From: Macrostomum hystrix
Taxonomy: Eukaryota; Animalia; Platyhelminthes
Length of the DNA: 64,000 bases
Direction: 5' to 3'
Assembly: GCA_950097015.1 (NCBI GenBank)
Contig: CATNEN010000007.1
Coordinates: 6,758,001-6,822,000 of the forward strand
Positions 22,240-33,000 of this stretch are shown here, one piece after another. Below the pieces are notes generated by a model. It ran no database searches, was not told the DNA's origin, and saw only the letters and a program-made list of their open reading frames with translations. Every line of letters begins with the position of its first letter. Position 1 is the stretch's first letter. A program made the translations under genes and the position numbers.

Positions 22240-22251
22240 GGGCCCATAACC
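22240..22251 (-). other. Primer-binding site GGTTATGGGCCC (copia-type, internal half of tRNA-iMet)
   Basis: Lies immediately 3' of the 5' LTR. Same motif as the Drosophila copia PBS. Confidence 0.85.
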
Positions 22252-22506
22252 TATTAAGAAAGTCTTATTTAAGAATAGCAGACTCAGCGTTTATTTAGGA
22301 CGGATTTAGAGAAGGATAAAGGGGTGAGACAATTAGGTAGCTCTGGCGTAGCTCAACAGAAGTTACAGGTACAGTTTGGAAATTTAGCAATCTACCATAG
22401 ATATAAAGCTTACTTAGATTCTAGAAAATTCTAGAAGGAAAACCTTAGGATTTACTTACTATTAATAGATGCAGCTATTTTTAAGATAAACGATTACATA
22501 TTAACA
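22252..22506 (-). repeat. Copia 5' LTR
   Basis: Direct repeat of 17862-18116. Confidence 0.95.
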
Positions 22507-24396
22507 TCATTATGTTTGCAAATTGCGGTTGTGAGTCTACTGTGTACTGGTATACGTATATGTCTAAGTATATATAAGAGGCGTCACGAACTTTATTAAA
22601 CTCACCCACAGGTCTTGCTCTTTCTCGGGCTCGGCAGCTCCGCTAAACACTCTTGCTGGCCCGCCGGAGCAATGCGCGCCAAATTTTTTGGCGATAATTT
22701 AGCAAGGCTTGCGCAGTCGCCTGCACTGGCTGCGCTAAGTCCGCTTGCTGCACTATCCGAGAAGCATAAATGCAGCAAAATATGCCGCAACTATTGCAGT
22801 CCTGCTGCATCGGGTGTTCAAATCTGCGGACCTGAAGTTTTGGCCATTTAATATCGGCCGGAAGTGCCAACGTGCTGAAAACTTATATAGCTCAATAGAG
22901 AAAATCCAAATTAAAAACATAATCACAATGTCGCTTTGCTTGTCGTTGCAAGTCAAAGGAGGAATTGTGACGTGCAGAGACCGTAATAAAAAGTTTAAGC
23001 AAAGGTACGGAATTTATTACTTGATAGCTTCACAAATGCTTGGCAGCTCAGCTTCCCGCTTTCCAGCAGGGTCCATAATTGTTAAGAAGCCGCTGCGCAA
23101 GTTAATCCATAAAAGGATGAAGTGGTTGATGTCGTGCCAGATGCCAAGCACTGAGGCCTTGGCAATGGAGGCCTGAACAGTAGTTTTTTAGAGATCGGAC
23201 TTTTATAGTTAATCAGTCAATCAATTAATGTTTCAATCAACCAATGAATCAATTAATGGGATAATAAATCAATTAATTTTAGCGAAAACCAACGAATCAA
23301 TCAATTTACTGGATAATGAATCGGTACATATTGTAAGGTGTGCGGTGATTCATTCTCGCATCGCGTCGTAAGTTAGGTTCGTAAATTGTGCAATGCGATG
23401 TACACTCTCTGGTGTACGCACGCCAAGGCACTTTTGCCACCCAGCCCTTCATCAACGAATCAGATTTTAGTTGAAAAATTAAAAAAAATGTGTCACCAAC
23501 TAAAAAATGTAACTACAACTAACCTTACGCAGCCTAATCACTAGCTCTTCTGGCAGTTTGGTGGTCTTTTGTACAAGCTGATTGTTCGGCCTGCCCGAGT
23601 TGCGCGTTTGCGGATTCTTCGAGCTTTTCGAGAGACCAGATAATACAAGTTGGACATGACTGGTCAGGAGGCTCACGATGCCATCGTGAGCCGCAGCCAA
23701 GGAAGCTAGATAAGCGTCAAGAACGTGTTAGTATATTTTAATTTTAATTTGTGCCAGTCTCGAATATCTTGTACGTTCGCAACTGGAGCACGACACATGA
23801 CTGACAGCAATTTGACTTGCCATTAAACTCTGCTGGTAGTCAAATGACGTAGACCTGTTCGCAACATCTCCGGTTGTGATAAAACAAATTCACTATTTGC
23901 ATGTCCAGGAAGTTTTCATAAATAAATAACTTACCGTACTGGAAAACCAAGAGTGCTTCGTTAACAGGCAGTCTCGATCAAAGCGGCGGATGCACAACTG
24001 ACCAAAGTCGCCAGTGTCACATGTGAAGCACGGCTTCAGATCCGCAGTTGCGTACGCCTTGCTTTTAGTACGCAGAGTGACACGCCGGTTGCTGTTTTGC
24101 TCGCTGCTGTCAACAGAGGGCGACGCAACAATGTGACTCACCACCTGGTCGTCAGGCGTCGTTGGTGATAAAATTTCTTCTGTAGCTGTATGCGTGCGAA
24201 GATGTTAAAAAACTTGTTAAGACCTTCTCTCTCGCGAACATCCCTAATGACGAACCCATCCTTAACTCAACATTGCAATTATATTGAACTTATTAATGTC
24301 ACTAGTTCGTTTGCTTACCGAACCGACGCCTCTTTGAATTAGGAGACTCAGGTGCTCCAGCCGGGGATACTTTTCGCTTCATATTGTTGAGCCCAA

Positions 24397-24535
24397 TGTC
24401 ACGGGGTTTCGGCAATAGCTTGCGGTCACGCAGGTAAGAGTTTCGTGGAGCAGGGCGCCTTCTTCTCCACCCGTCACCGGTTAGAGAGTGTGGCCTGCAA
24501 CCCGGAATCCCGCGTTTCCGGCCATACCTGGGAGG
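24397..24535 (+). mobile_element. Possible LTR-start fragment (TGTCACGGGG...) of a second element, abutting the Gypsy truncation
   Basis: Starts with TGTCAC exactly where MULE coding sequence resumes. Not matched to the Gypsy LTR. Confidence 0.35.
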
Positions 24536-27106
24536 CCCTATAGTCTATGCATAGACGTTGAGTCCCGTCCTTTTTCTTGACGAGGACAATAGGCGAGACC
24601 CAATCTGAGTCACATTCTTCTATGACTCCTTGCTCGAGCATTTGTGCTATATGTTGGTCTAGAAACTCCTTTTGATTCGGCGTGGTACGCCGCGATGGTT
24701 GCGTTATTGGCCTGGCTTTAGGATCGATGAGTTCTATTCCCATCTCATGCATGTGAGTGTGGCCTAGATCATTATTGTCTTGTGATATTTGGCTTCGGAA
24801 ATAGTTAAGCAGGCGCAGTGTTGTAGCTAATTGAGTTGTGGTGAGTTTGGATTTGTCTAGTTGAAACTGATTGATCAGCCAGTTCGCCAGCTGGGCAGTT
24901 AGAGCTGGTAGCTTACTGATTTGCTGAGTTAGATTGGCTGTATTATCGATACTGAAGTCAGACTCTCTTAGTGTAGTCTGGACTATTACCTCCCGTTGGC
25001 TAAGTTCTTGGAAGGAGGCCACTTCTTGGCCCCTTTTGATGTGAATTGGTGTTTCCCGCAGTTCAGTACCCGTACAAGTACATGATCAGTGTCGCTGACT
25101 GCATCGATGGTTCTGGCTAATTGTTCAGATCTTGTATTGAATAGTGTTGGCATGATCATCCCTTGTGCATGCGGTGTTGAATCGAGTACTCGACTTGGTA
25201 TTAAGGTTTCTGCTCGTGGCGGCAGCTCAATGGAACTGGCTGCTAGCACACGGCGAACTTGGAAGGTTTCTTTTATCTCCCTCAATGATTTGCACCGATG
25301 TACCGGCTACCGTAGCGCAACTTGAGTTGAAATCTAACATTATTTGGAAGCTACGTAGGAAGTCCATGCCCAGAAGGGCTTCGGCAGTGGCATCAGCCAT
25401 TACTAGAAATACATGTGTCTTAGTTATTTCTCCTAGTTTAATTTCGCAACGCAATGATCCTAGGATCTCGGTTGTGGATCCATTGAAAGCTGTTGCCTTT
25501 CTGGTGTAAGTACTAGGTACAAATACATTGTTGATTGGATCTGCGGCGACTAATCTATCTTTTACTTTTACACCCATAGCGCTAGCAGTGGCACCAGAGT
25601 CTAAGCAAGCTAGTATTTTAGAATCACCTACTTCTAGTTGCACGAAATAGCTAGATTCAAATTTGTCTGGAATAGCATCCCAATGTCTACATTGAGGATC
25701 GCCATCCTTCGGTTGGTGTTGTACATTATAAGCCTTATCGTGTTGGCGACCGGGGTCTACCTGTCTCTGGTAGCACACCCTAGTTCCCACCAGACGATGC
25801 TGATCGGCTAGCTGTCTTAATTCAGGTGAGAGCTGGCTGCCGTGGACGAACAGTTGTTCTGGCAGCTGTTCGGATTGGATGAACCCAAAGTTTGATGACC
25901 AAGAAGCTATGGTCCCGATCTCCGTGAGACCTGATTCACGGATCGGTTTCGAACCTTGGTTCCCCTTATTTGGATTAGGAGGAATGATTCTAGGCGGCGA
26001 TGAAGGGCAGTCGGCGACCAAGTGGCCTGTCCGACCGCATCTATGACATGCCCGAGGAGGGCGAGAGTTGATCTGTGGCTGATAATAAGGGCGTTCTCTC
26101 TTCGGCGAGAGATTACGCAGCGGCTGAGCAAGGCGACGCCTTGGCGGTGAGAGATTATTCTGCGTAGTCTGATACATACGTTCTATCTGTTGCACGGGTG
26201 GCAACCTAGTCTGGTCAGCTCGTTTAATTTCCTCAGCTTGTTGGTGAACTAACCTTTCTAATTCAGCGACACGCTGTTCCATAGCCCTTTTTCGGCATCT
26301 GGTTCAGCGGTGCGAATTCTGGCTATAGTAGATGGCATATTTAGGAGCTGGTAGACCCCAACGAGGTCCTTGGCTTTCCGCATGAGTTCTTCAGCCGAGG
26401 CAGCACTATATGTCTCTTGATCCCACAAGAGGAGCTTTTCGGCAAGCCCCTTGTCACGTAGGCCATGACAGAACCGAGCTTTGATCAGGGGTTTCGCTTC
26501 GGTGAGCGAGAGACCCGCTAATCTGGTATACGAGACTAATCTATCGAAGAACTCGGACATAGGTTCCGAATGGCTTTGAGAAGCAGCAACTAATTCGACA
26601 TATGCCTTATCCTTTTGCTTGGAATCCGTGTACCTTTCCCTAAGCACACGAATGGCGGATTCGAATGGCAATTGGTCACAGCGGTAGTTGAGGAAGACTT
26701 CCTGACACTCGGGTGCCAGTAGAGATACTAGGACAGCAGAGCGCTGGTCCTCTGGGACACGGCAGGTGGCTAGATATGACATGAACTGAGCCTCCCAAGT
26801 GTCAAATTTCATCTTGGGATTGAAAGCCGGTGGCGGCCGAAGGCGAATCTCAGGTTGCTTCGGTACAAATGACGGCGAGGAGTTATCTAGGCTGGATGTC
26901 GCCGGTGAGTGGACAGTAAGACGAGCCTCTATCATCTTATGAAGAGAAGTCGGAGTCTGAGCAAGCAAGACGTGCTCACTGACATCGACAGCGCCCTCAG
27001 GCTGATCGGTGGACCCTATGGAATTTACTTCGGCAGGGTCGGCATCAATTTCGCCTCCACCGAGTTGTGGTGGGGCTTGGACCTGATCGTCGCCGTTATC
27101 GGACAT
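24535..27106 (-). pseudogene. Gypsy gag-pol: capsid-like region, coiled coil, CCHC knuckle, cold-shock domain, aspartic protease, RT start; frameshifted
   Basis: PPPAFNPKMKFDTWEAQF, Q..SEPMSEFFDRL, RFCHGLRD; CHRCGRTGHLVADC (26007-26048); CSD at ~25718-25925; LDSGAT..LLGMDFL; SDWVSPIVLVKKKDGTQRLCIDYR. Confidence 0.9.
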
Positions 27107-27878
27107 GGCGAAACGGCTACGAAGAGTGCAAGAGCAAGGTCAGGCACGAGCGGCCTGCAGTTAGGCAAGGTGAGCAGAGTGAGCGAAAGAAGATTCCAGC
27201 AAAAACGATTTTGCCAAGCGGCGGAAGTCGATGGCGGGTGGACAGGGCGAGAAGGCGAGAGAATGAGAGTGCGTCCTAATACTTAAATGCCTGACTGGGG
27301 CACAAAACCACGGCCTAATAGGGAGAGTCCTATCACGCAAACCACCCCAGCTAATCAAGTCAGGCGGTATAGTCCCTACACAAAAAATCGGCGCACAGCG
27401 TAACCTGAACGCGGAGTCAAGCTCAACGCTACTGTTGTCAGCGGGCGACGTACTCGGCGCCGGGACCGGATCGACGAGTGCGCACCGGGTGCTTCGGTTC
27501 CGGTCGGCTTCCTTGATCGGCCGCGGGCTCACGCTCGACACGCTCGGCACGCTCGAATCCGGAACTGGGCGATCGTCCAGATCGCCGTCACCGCAGGTGC
27601 AGCTGCTGATATCACCAGGACCGACGAGCCGGTATCCCCAGGCGAACCGATGGCAACAGGCGATGAACAATGGACAGACGGTGGCCGTGAATAGGGTCAA
27701 ACAGCCCGGTGTCCTTAAAAGGGCCGTTTCAGACTCGACAAACAGTAGGTAGCCGGCAGGTAGTGGTGATGAGCAATTGATACAGGCGGCGCGAAATAGC
27801 AGATGATAGGCAGTAGACAGAAGGAAATAGACAGGAGCTCGCTAACACCGTCGTGCGTCCGGCAGTGCAGAGTCTGTG

Positions 27879-27895
27879 TCTCGGTGGGACCTCCA
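27879..27895 (-). other. Gypsy PBS complementary to the tRNA-Gln 3' end
   Basis: Minus strand TGGAGGTCCCACCGAGA is the complement of TCTCGGTGGGACCTCCA, the animal tRNA-Gln 3' terminus. It lies 4 nt after the LTR. Confidence 0.9.
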
Positions 27896-27899
27896 AAAT

Positions 27900-28540
27900 T
27901 GTGTGACGATTAAATGACGAAGACAGAAGTCCGTGGCGGCGGCAATTAGAGTTCACTTCAGTCTAGAGTCAGTTCAATTATGTGGTGTAGCGGTAGCACT
28001 TTATTATCGTGGTGCACTGGGATGCACGACAAGCAGAGAGTAAAGAGTAAGGTGCAGGAGCTCAACAATAGTAATAACAATGACGGCACGGCGAGGCGAA
28101 GATAGGAAGTAGTGTGGACAAACAGGAACATGAGAAGACACGGGGGACAAACCGGCAGAGAAGTGGACAGGCGGACAAGACAAGACAGGACCAGAGCAGT
28201 GGAGCGCGGGGGGCCCAAAGCCCCTAGTTAAATAAGCTTAGTAAACTGCAGAACAGGGCGATCGATAACTCTAGAAACTGGCTCCAGCCAATGAGCGTGT
28301 AAGTACACTGGTCTGGGCAGACGACAATTTAAACATTAGCAAAACCAAGCTGTGGCAGCGCGATGTGCACTAACGCCTACTAACAGTAACACTCTAAGAA
28401 TTACAGCTTAACCATACGAACTGAGAGATGGATGAAAACCAGATGACATCAGTAAAACGGCCCTAGTTAGTACACACGTAAATTAGCTATGTAAATTAAC
28501 ATGTAAATTAAATTGCTAGGGGCGCTTTCAACAAGTGACA
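27900..28540 (-). repeat. Gypsy 5' LTR (~641 bp)
   Basis: TG...CA ends, internal AATAAA (~28000), adjacent PBS. Confidence 0.8.
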
Positions 28541-30097
28541 ACGTCACAACTGGTTATCAATGTCTGCATGAACTTGCTCCAAAGTTCGTCTCTTCATTGA
28601 CTCAAAGTATTCAAAGTATGGTGATGATCTCATAATGCCTTCATCATCATTACAAAGGGACAACTCTGCAGGTTCATCTACCTTTGGTGATGTGGTCCAA
28701 TAGTCTGCCAAAATTCTCTGTTCAGATAGAAGCAGCTGGGACTGAAGAGTTTGAATCTCCTCATTTATATCCACAAACGACCAGGAGAGAAAAATTTTGA
28801 AAATTTTATTTATCCACCGCATCGCATCCTGTTGTGAGCTCGCGTACTGAACCAGCACAAATAATTTCACAAACAACTCCCTCGGTCCTTTTTTCATATT
28901 GAGGCGATTAGCTGTGCGACACATTTGGTGAATCAGATGGTTGCTACACAGAAAAACTCCAAATTTTATTTCCGACGGCTTGCTGTTGTTAAAAATTGGA
29001 AATGGTTCCTAAGGTACGTAGAGATGTTTATATGATGAAAATCAAGGCATGAATGAATTTGTGCCCACGAAAAATCAGACACAAAGAGGATTGGAAGGCG
29101 CGAAGATTCACTGAACGAGCTTGATAACTTCAAGAGAGAATGTCGAACCTGCTTTAGGAAATGAGAAACAGACGCTACGTCATGTCTGTTCGTCAAACAA
29201 TTGGCCACGGAAATGGCATTAATTGTATCTTCCGCTGTCGTAACAAGAGAATACAGGAACGTTGCACCAGGAATAGACGCTTCCTTTGTTAAAGATCCAG
29301 TGGAATCTATGTGCAGAACGGCATGCCCATGTCGAGAGATTAGAGAAATAATGAACTGGATTTCTTTGTGAGAAAATAATGTTAGCCTGAACGGATCCAT
29401 AGGGCGTTCGTGTATGATTCCAGGTAGCAATTCATGTGTGTAAATGCTGACGTATACCTCCTTCAGAATTGCCAGTTCAACCTCGAAGATAGCATGTAGC
29501 CTTTCAGATTGTTTAATTATAGATTTGATGTTCCGCATTACATTCAACGTTTTGCAGGAATCGAAATTTTTTGAAAGTAGATATGCACGATTAGATTCGT
29601 CGTTCACATTCTGCCTGTGTGTCTCTCTAGAGCCAATTGTTCGTACGTCTTCAGCGAATCTATTAAACTCATCTAACGTTGTGCGTCTAAATCGACTGAA
29701 TTCCGATTTTGAGTGGTCAAATGCGCCATCGACACAGATGCGAAAGCGCATCCCGCCGTTCAGGACAGTAGGAGGTCGGTCAATTATAAATGTATACCGT
29801 CGCTCACAACCGTCGATCTTACAGTTCGCTTTGACCGTCCAAAACTTTGAGTTCACAGATAAATCACACAGCCCCTCTTCTACTGTAAAAAAACTACACA
29901 GGCTGATTTATAAGCCCGCGAAGATCAATTGCCTTGAATTCATTGCGAGCTGATGTCAAGCTGCACTAGCTCGCAAAAATACACTACGGAGATACGAAAC
30001 ACACTTTAACATTGAATAACCCGCAGACGCTTTCATGAATCAGTCTGAAATTTTACACATCCAATCAACTCGATTGCATCAGAGGTTTTGTAACTTT

Positions 30098-33000
30098 TCA
30101 TTGCGATTGATGCAGTAGAAGTGTCTGCCTGCGAATGTCAAGCTGGCTCCCAACAACAACAACAACAAAGGACGACAACCCAAGGCCGAAGCCAGAGGGG
30201 CTGCCGTCAGCATGCGCAAGAGCAGAGTGGCGCAGAATTGTCAGTCCACGAGGGTCAGAGATCTCAGCGTCAGTCAATAGCAGTTCAGGATAGCGTAGCG
30301 CCCTCGCCTGACCACGCCGCCGGGGCCCCTGCAGGGAAAGCAGCAGCACGTCCTGCAGTGGCTCGGGGCAGCGCTGCTCCGCACGGATGACGTGGCCAGC
30401 CAGCTGCAGGCGCCGGATGCGCAGCAGCTGACTTGGCCGGCAGAGCTGGGCCCGGCGATAGAGCTCATCGTTGCTGGTGTTGGTGACGGCAGTCGGCGAA
30501 TAGTGGACGCCGAAGGCGGCTCGCAGGAGTCCGGCGTGGGCGGCATCGAGTTGCTTCTCCTGTGTGCCGTTCAGAGTCCACGTTTGAGCGTTGTAGAGAA
30601 AGACGGTCTCTATGACGGCTTGAAACAACCGCCCTCTCAGCCGATCCGGCAGCGTGGGGCACTGCAGGACAGTCCGCAGGGTGCGAAAGGCTGCCCAGGC
30701 AAGCGCCCTGCGTCGCGCCATGTCGTCCAGGATGTCGGGCACTTGACCGCCGAGATAGATGAAGGTCTCGCAGCGCGGCAGCAATGCCGCTTGCCCATTT
30801 ACGCTGTGGCAGAGGATCTCGCCGTTGAGGTCATTTGGGACGGTCAGCACCATTGTTTTCTTGGTGTTCACGGACAGCCCGACCATTGCCGCCGCCGCAG
30901 TCAGCTTGTCCAGCAGATGCTGAGCACCTTCGATTGAGCTGGACAGCAGCGCCAGGTCGTCCGCGTACGCCAGGACAGAGAGTCGTCTTTCGGGGTGTCG
31001 GCTGCTTGTCCTGCGACAGAGCAGAAAGCCGTTGGCGTCGTCAGGGAGGCCAGTGCGCAGCACCCAGTCCAGGACCAGGACGAACAGAAAGGGGGCGAGT
31101 GTGTCGCCCTGCAGCACACCGGAGGTCGTGTCGAAGAAATCGGATAGGCCGTCCGGCGTCACAACTGCCGCCCTGGTCTCCTGGTACAGGGCCATCACAG
31201 CCGTTACCAGCTGCTCAGGCACATGGTACGCGCGCAGGATCTTCGGGATGACCCGTCTCGACACCGAGTCGAAGGCCTTTAGAAAATCCACGAAGATGCA
31301 GATGACCGCCGACTGGTGGATACGGGTCTCTTCTAAAATGCGGCGCAAAGCGAGAATCTGATTCACCGTGCCCCTACCTGGCCGGAAGCCGTTTTGCTCT
31401 CGCCGGAGGAACGGGTCCAACACAGGTTGCAGCCGCGTCAGCAGCACCCTGTTGTACAGCTTCGCGGCGCAGGACATTAGGGATATTCCGCGATGCTCTT
31501 CGACCTTGACAGTTCCGGGCTTCTTCGGGATCCCGACGATGTGCGCCGTCCGCCATTCAGCGGGGGCGGGACCTCCCGCCAGCACGCAGTTCATCACTTG
31601 CGTGACTTCTTGCGCCACCAGCGGGAGGCGCAACACTTCGACAGGCACGTCATCGGGTCCGGTGGCTTTGCCGCCCGGTGTCTTCTTAGCGAGCAGAAGC
31701 ACCTCGTCAATGGTGATAGGACTGGTGTTGAAAGAGCTTTCTTCTGGCAGTGCGACCTCTGCGGGCAGTGACATGTCGTCTCTTGGCGGCGGTGGAGACG
31801 CGTTAACGATGCCAGAGAAAAAGGCTTTTAGTTCGTTTCGCCTCTCTTCGGGCGTGTCACCAGACAGGTTCAGCGTACTGCGCCGTTTACGGCCTGTCAA
31901 TTGGTTTACAACAGACCAAACAGCACGGGGCTTCTTGTCGGGGCCGGCGTCAGTAATTTCTTGAATTGCGGCCTCAACAGCGGCGCGTTGCCGGGCCTTA
32001 AAAACCTCTGCTAAGGCTTTCTCAGCTTCCTCCGCAGGCTGTCCGCTCCTCCGCAGTCTTTCCACAGTTTGCCGGGCCTGTCGCAGCGCCTCGTCGTTTT
32101 GCCATACAGGCTGACCGCTTGCTACTGGTTTCACCAGAGGCAGCGTTTTAGTAGCGGCAGCCTGGACAGCGCTGCTGACGTCCGAGTATTTGGCAGGTGC
32201 TGCTGGTTCCGGTCGTTTGTCTAGCGCGTCGGCAAAGGCCAGGCAGAAACGGCCTCTTGTGCTTGGGTCGCGCAAGGCGCGGAAAAAGCGCTTTGGCTGC
32301 CGCTTCGGTGGTCGGTATAGTGGGTGCCTAAGGCGCAGTTCACAGTAAAGCAGTCTATGGTCAGACCGAATTGCCAAAGGTGCCACCGTGTCGCAGTTGA
32401 CTGCACGGCGCCGTTCCCGCCAGCGGATTAGAATGTGGTCCAGCTGTGCGAGTCTTTTTGTGGCAAACTTTCCACTGGCGTTCCGGGTCGGGCGCTTGCA
32501 TCCAGTGAACGTTGCCAGTCTCACAGCTGGTTTCCTAAAGAGAGTGTTCGCTGAGACCAGATCGTGCCGGTCCACGAAATCCATTAGTGCATCGGTGTTG
32601 TTGTTTTCGCGCGGGGTGACAAAGAGAGCTCGTTCAGATTTTCGCATAACAGCGTTGAGGTCTCCAAGCACCAGCACTGAGTCACGCTGAGCAACCGCCT
32701 CCAGTTGCGCCGAGAGGAACTCCAGAAATTGACGGTGCTCCGTCGGGTGCGCAGCTGTGGGTGCATAGGCACAGAATAAGTGAATATTACGGGTGCGGAG
32801 ACGAAGGTCGACTCGTAGTAGTCTTGGCGATAAGCTTTCGCATCGAAAACATTTCTGTAGCCGTGGGCTGGTGAGGACACCAACTCCTCCTCGGCCTTTT
32901 GCGTCTGCTGAAGTGAACTGAAGGAGCCAGCCGCCACCGAGGTGCTCCTGATGGAGCCCAGGATCGGTTTTAATAGATAGCTCCTGCAGCATTACAATGT

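Larger units (their letters stand above)
17862..22506 (-). mobile_element. Full-length Ty1/Copia LTR retrotransposon, apparently intact
   Basis: 255-bp LTRs at 17862-18116 and 22252-22506 with one visible mismatch. 5-bp TSD TCATT (17857-17861, 22507-22511). PBS and PPT (AAGTGGGAG) present. Confidence 0.97.
24535..28540 (-). mobile_element. Ty3/Gypsy LTR retrotransposon, 5' half only
   Basis: 5' LTR TGTCAC...CACACA, tRNA-Gln PBS, gag, protease and start of RT. The rest of pol and the 3' LTR are missing. Confidence 0.9.
17667..29943 (-). pseudogene. NOF-like MULE transposase - Ulp1/C48 protease - PHD finger gene, interrupted. Pieces ~29943-28541, 24396-24320, 24185-23935, 23724-23524, 23172-23021, ~22870-22606, 17824-17667
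   Basis: Transposase motifs LHIDSTGSL, FVSDFSWAQIHS and FLCSNH. Ulp1 motifs WFSSTVLDAYL, NHFILL..IMDP and QQDCNSCGIFC. PHD remnant CDSCRMWCHTVC..WRCDFC. The phase-1 intron 22605-17825 contains the Copia. In-frame stops and frameshifts are present. Confidence 0.8.

Noticed and set aside
26258-26295. Programmed -1 frameshift within the Gypsy gag
   Set aside because: There is no X XXY YYZ heptamer in frame. One extra A in the A5 run restores a continuous ORF, and other frameshifts (~25280, ~25030) indicate decay or assembly indels.
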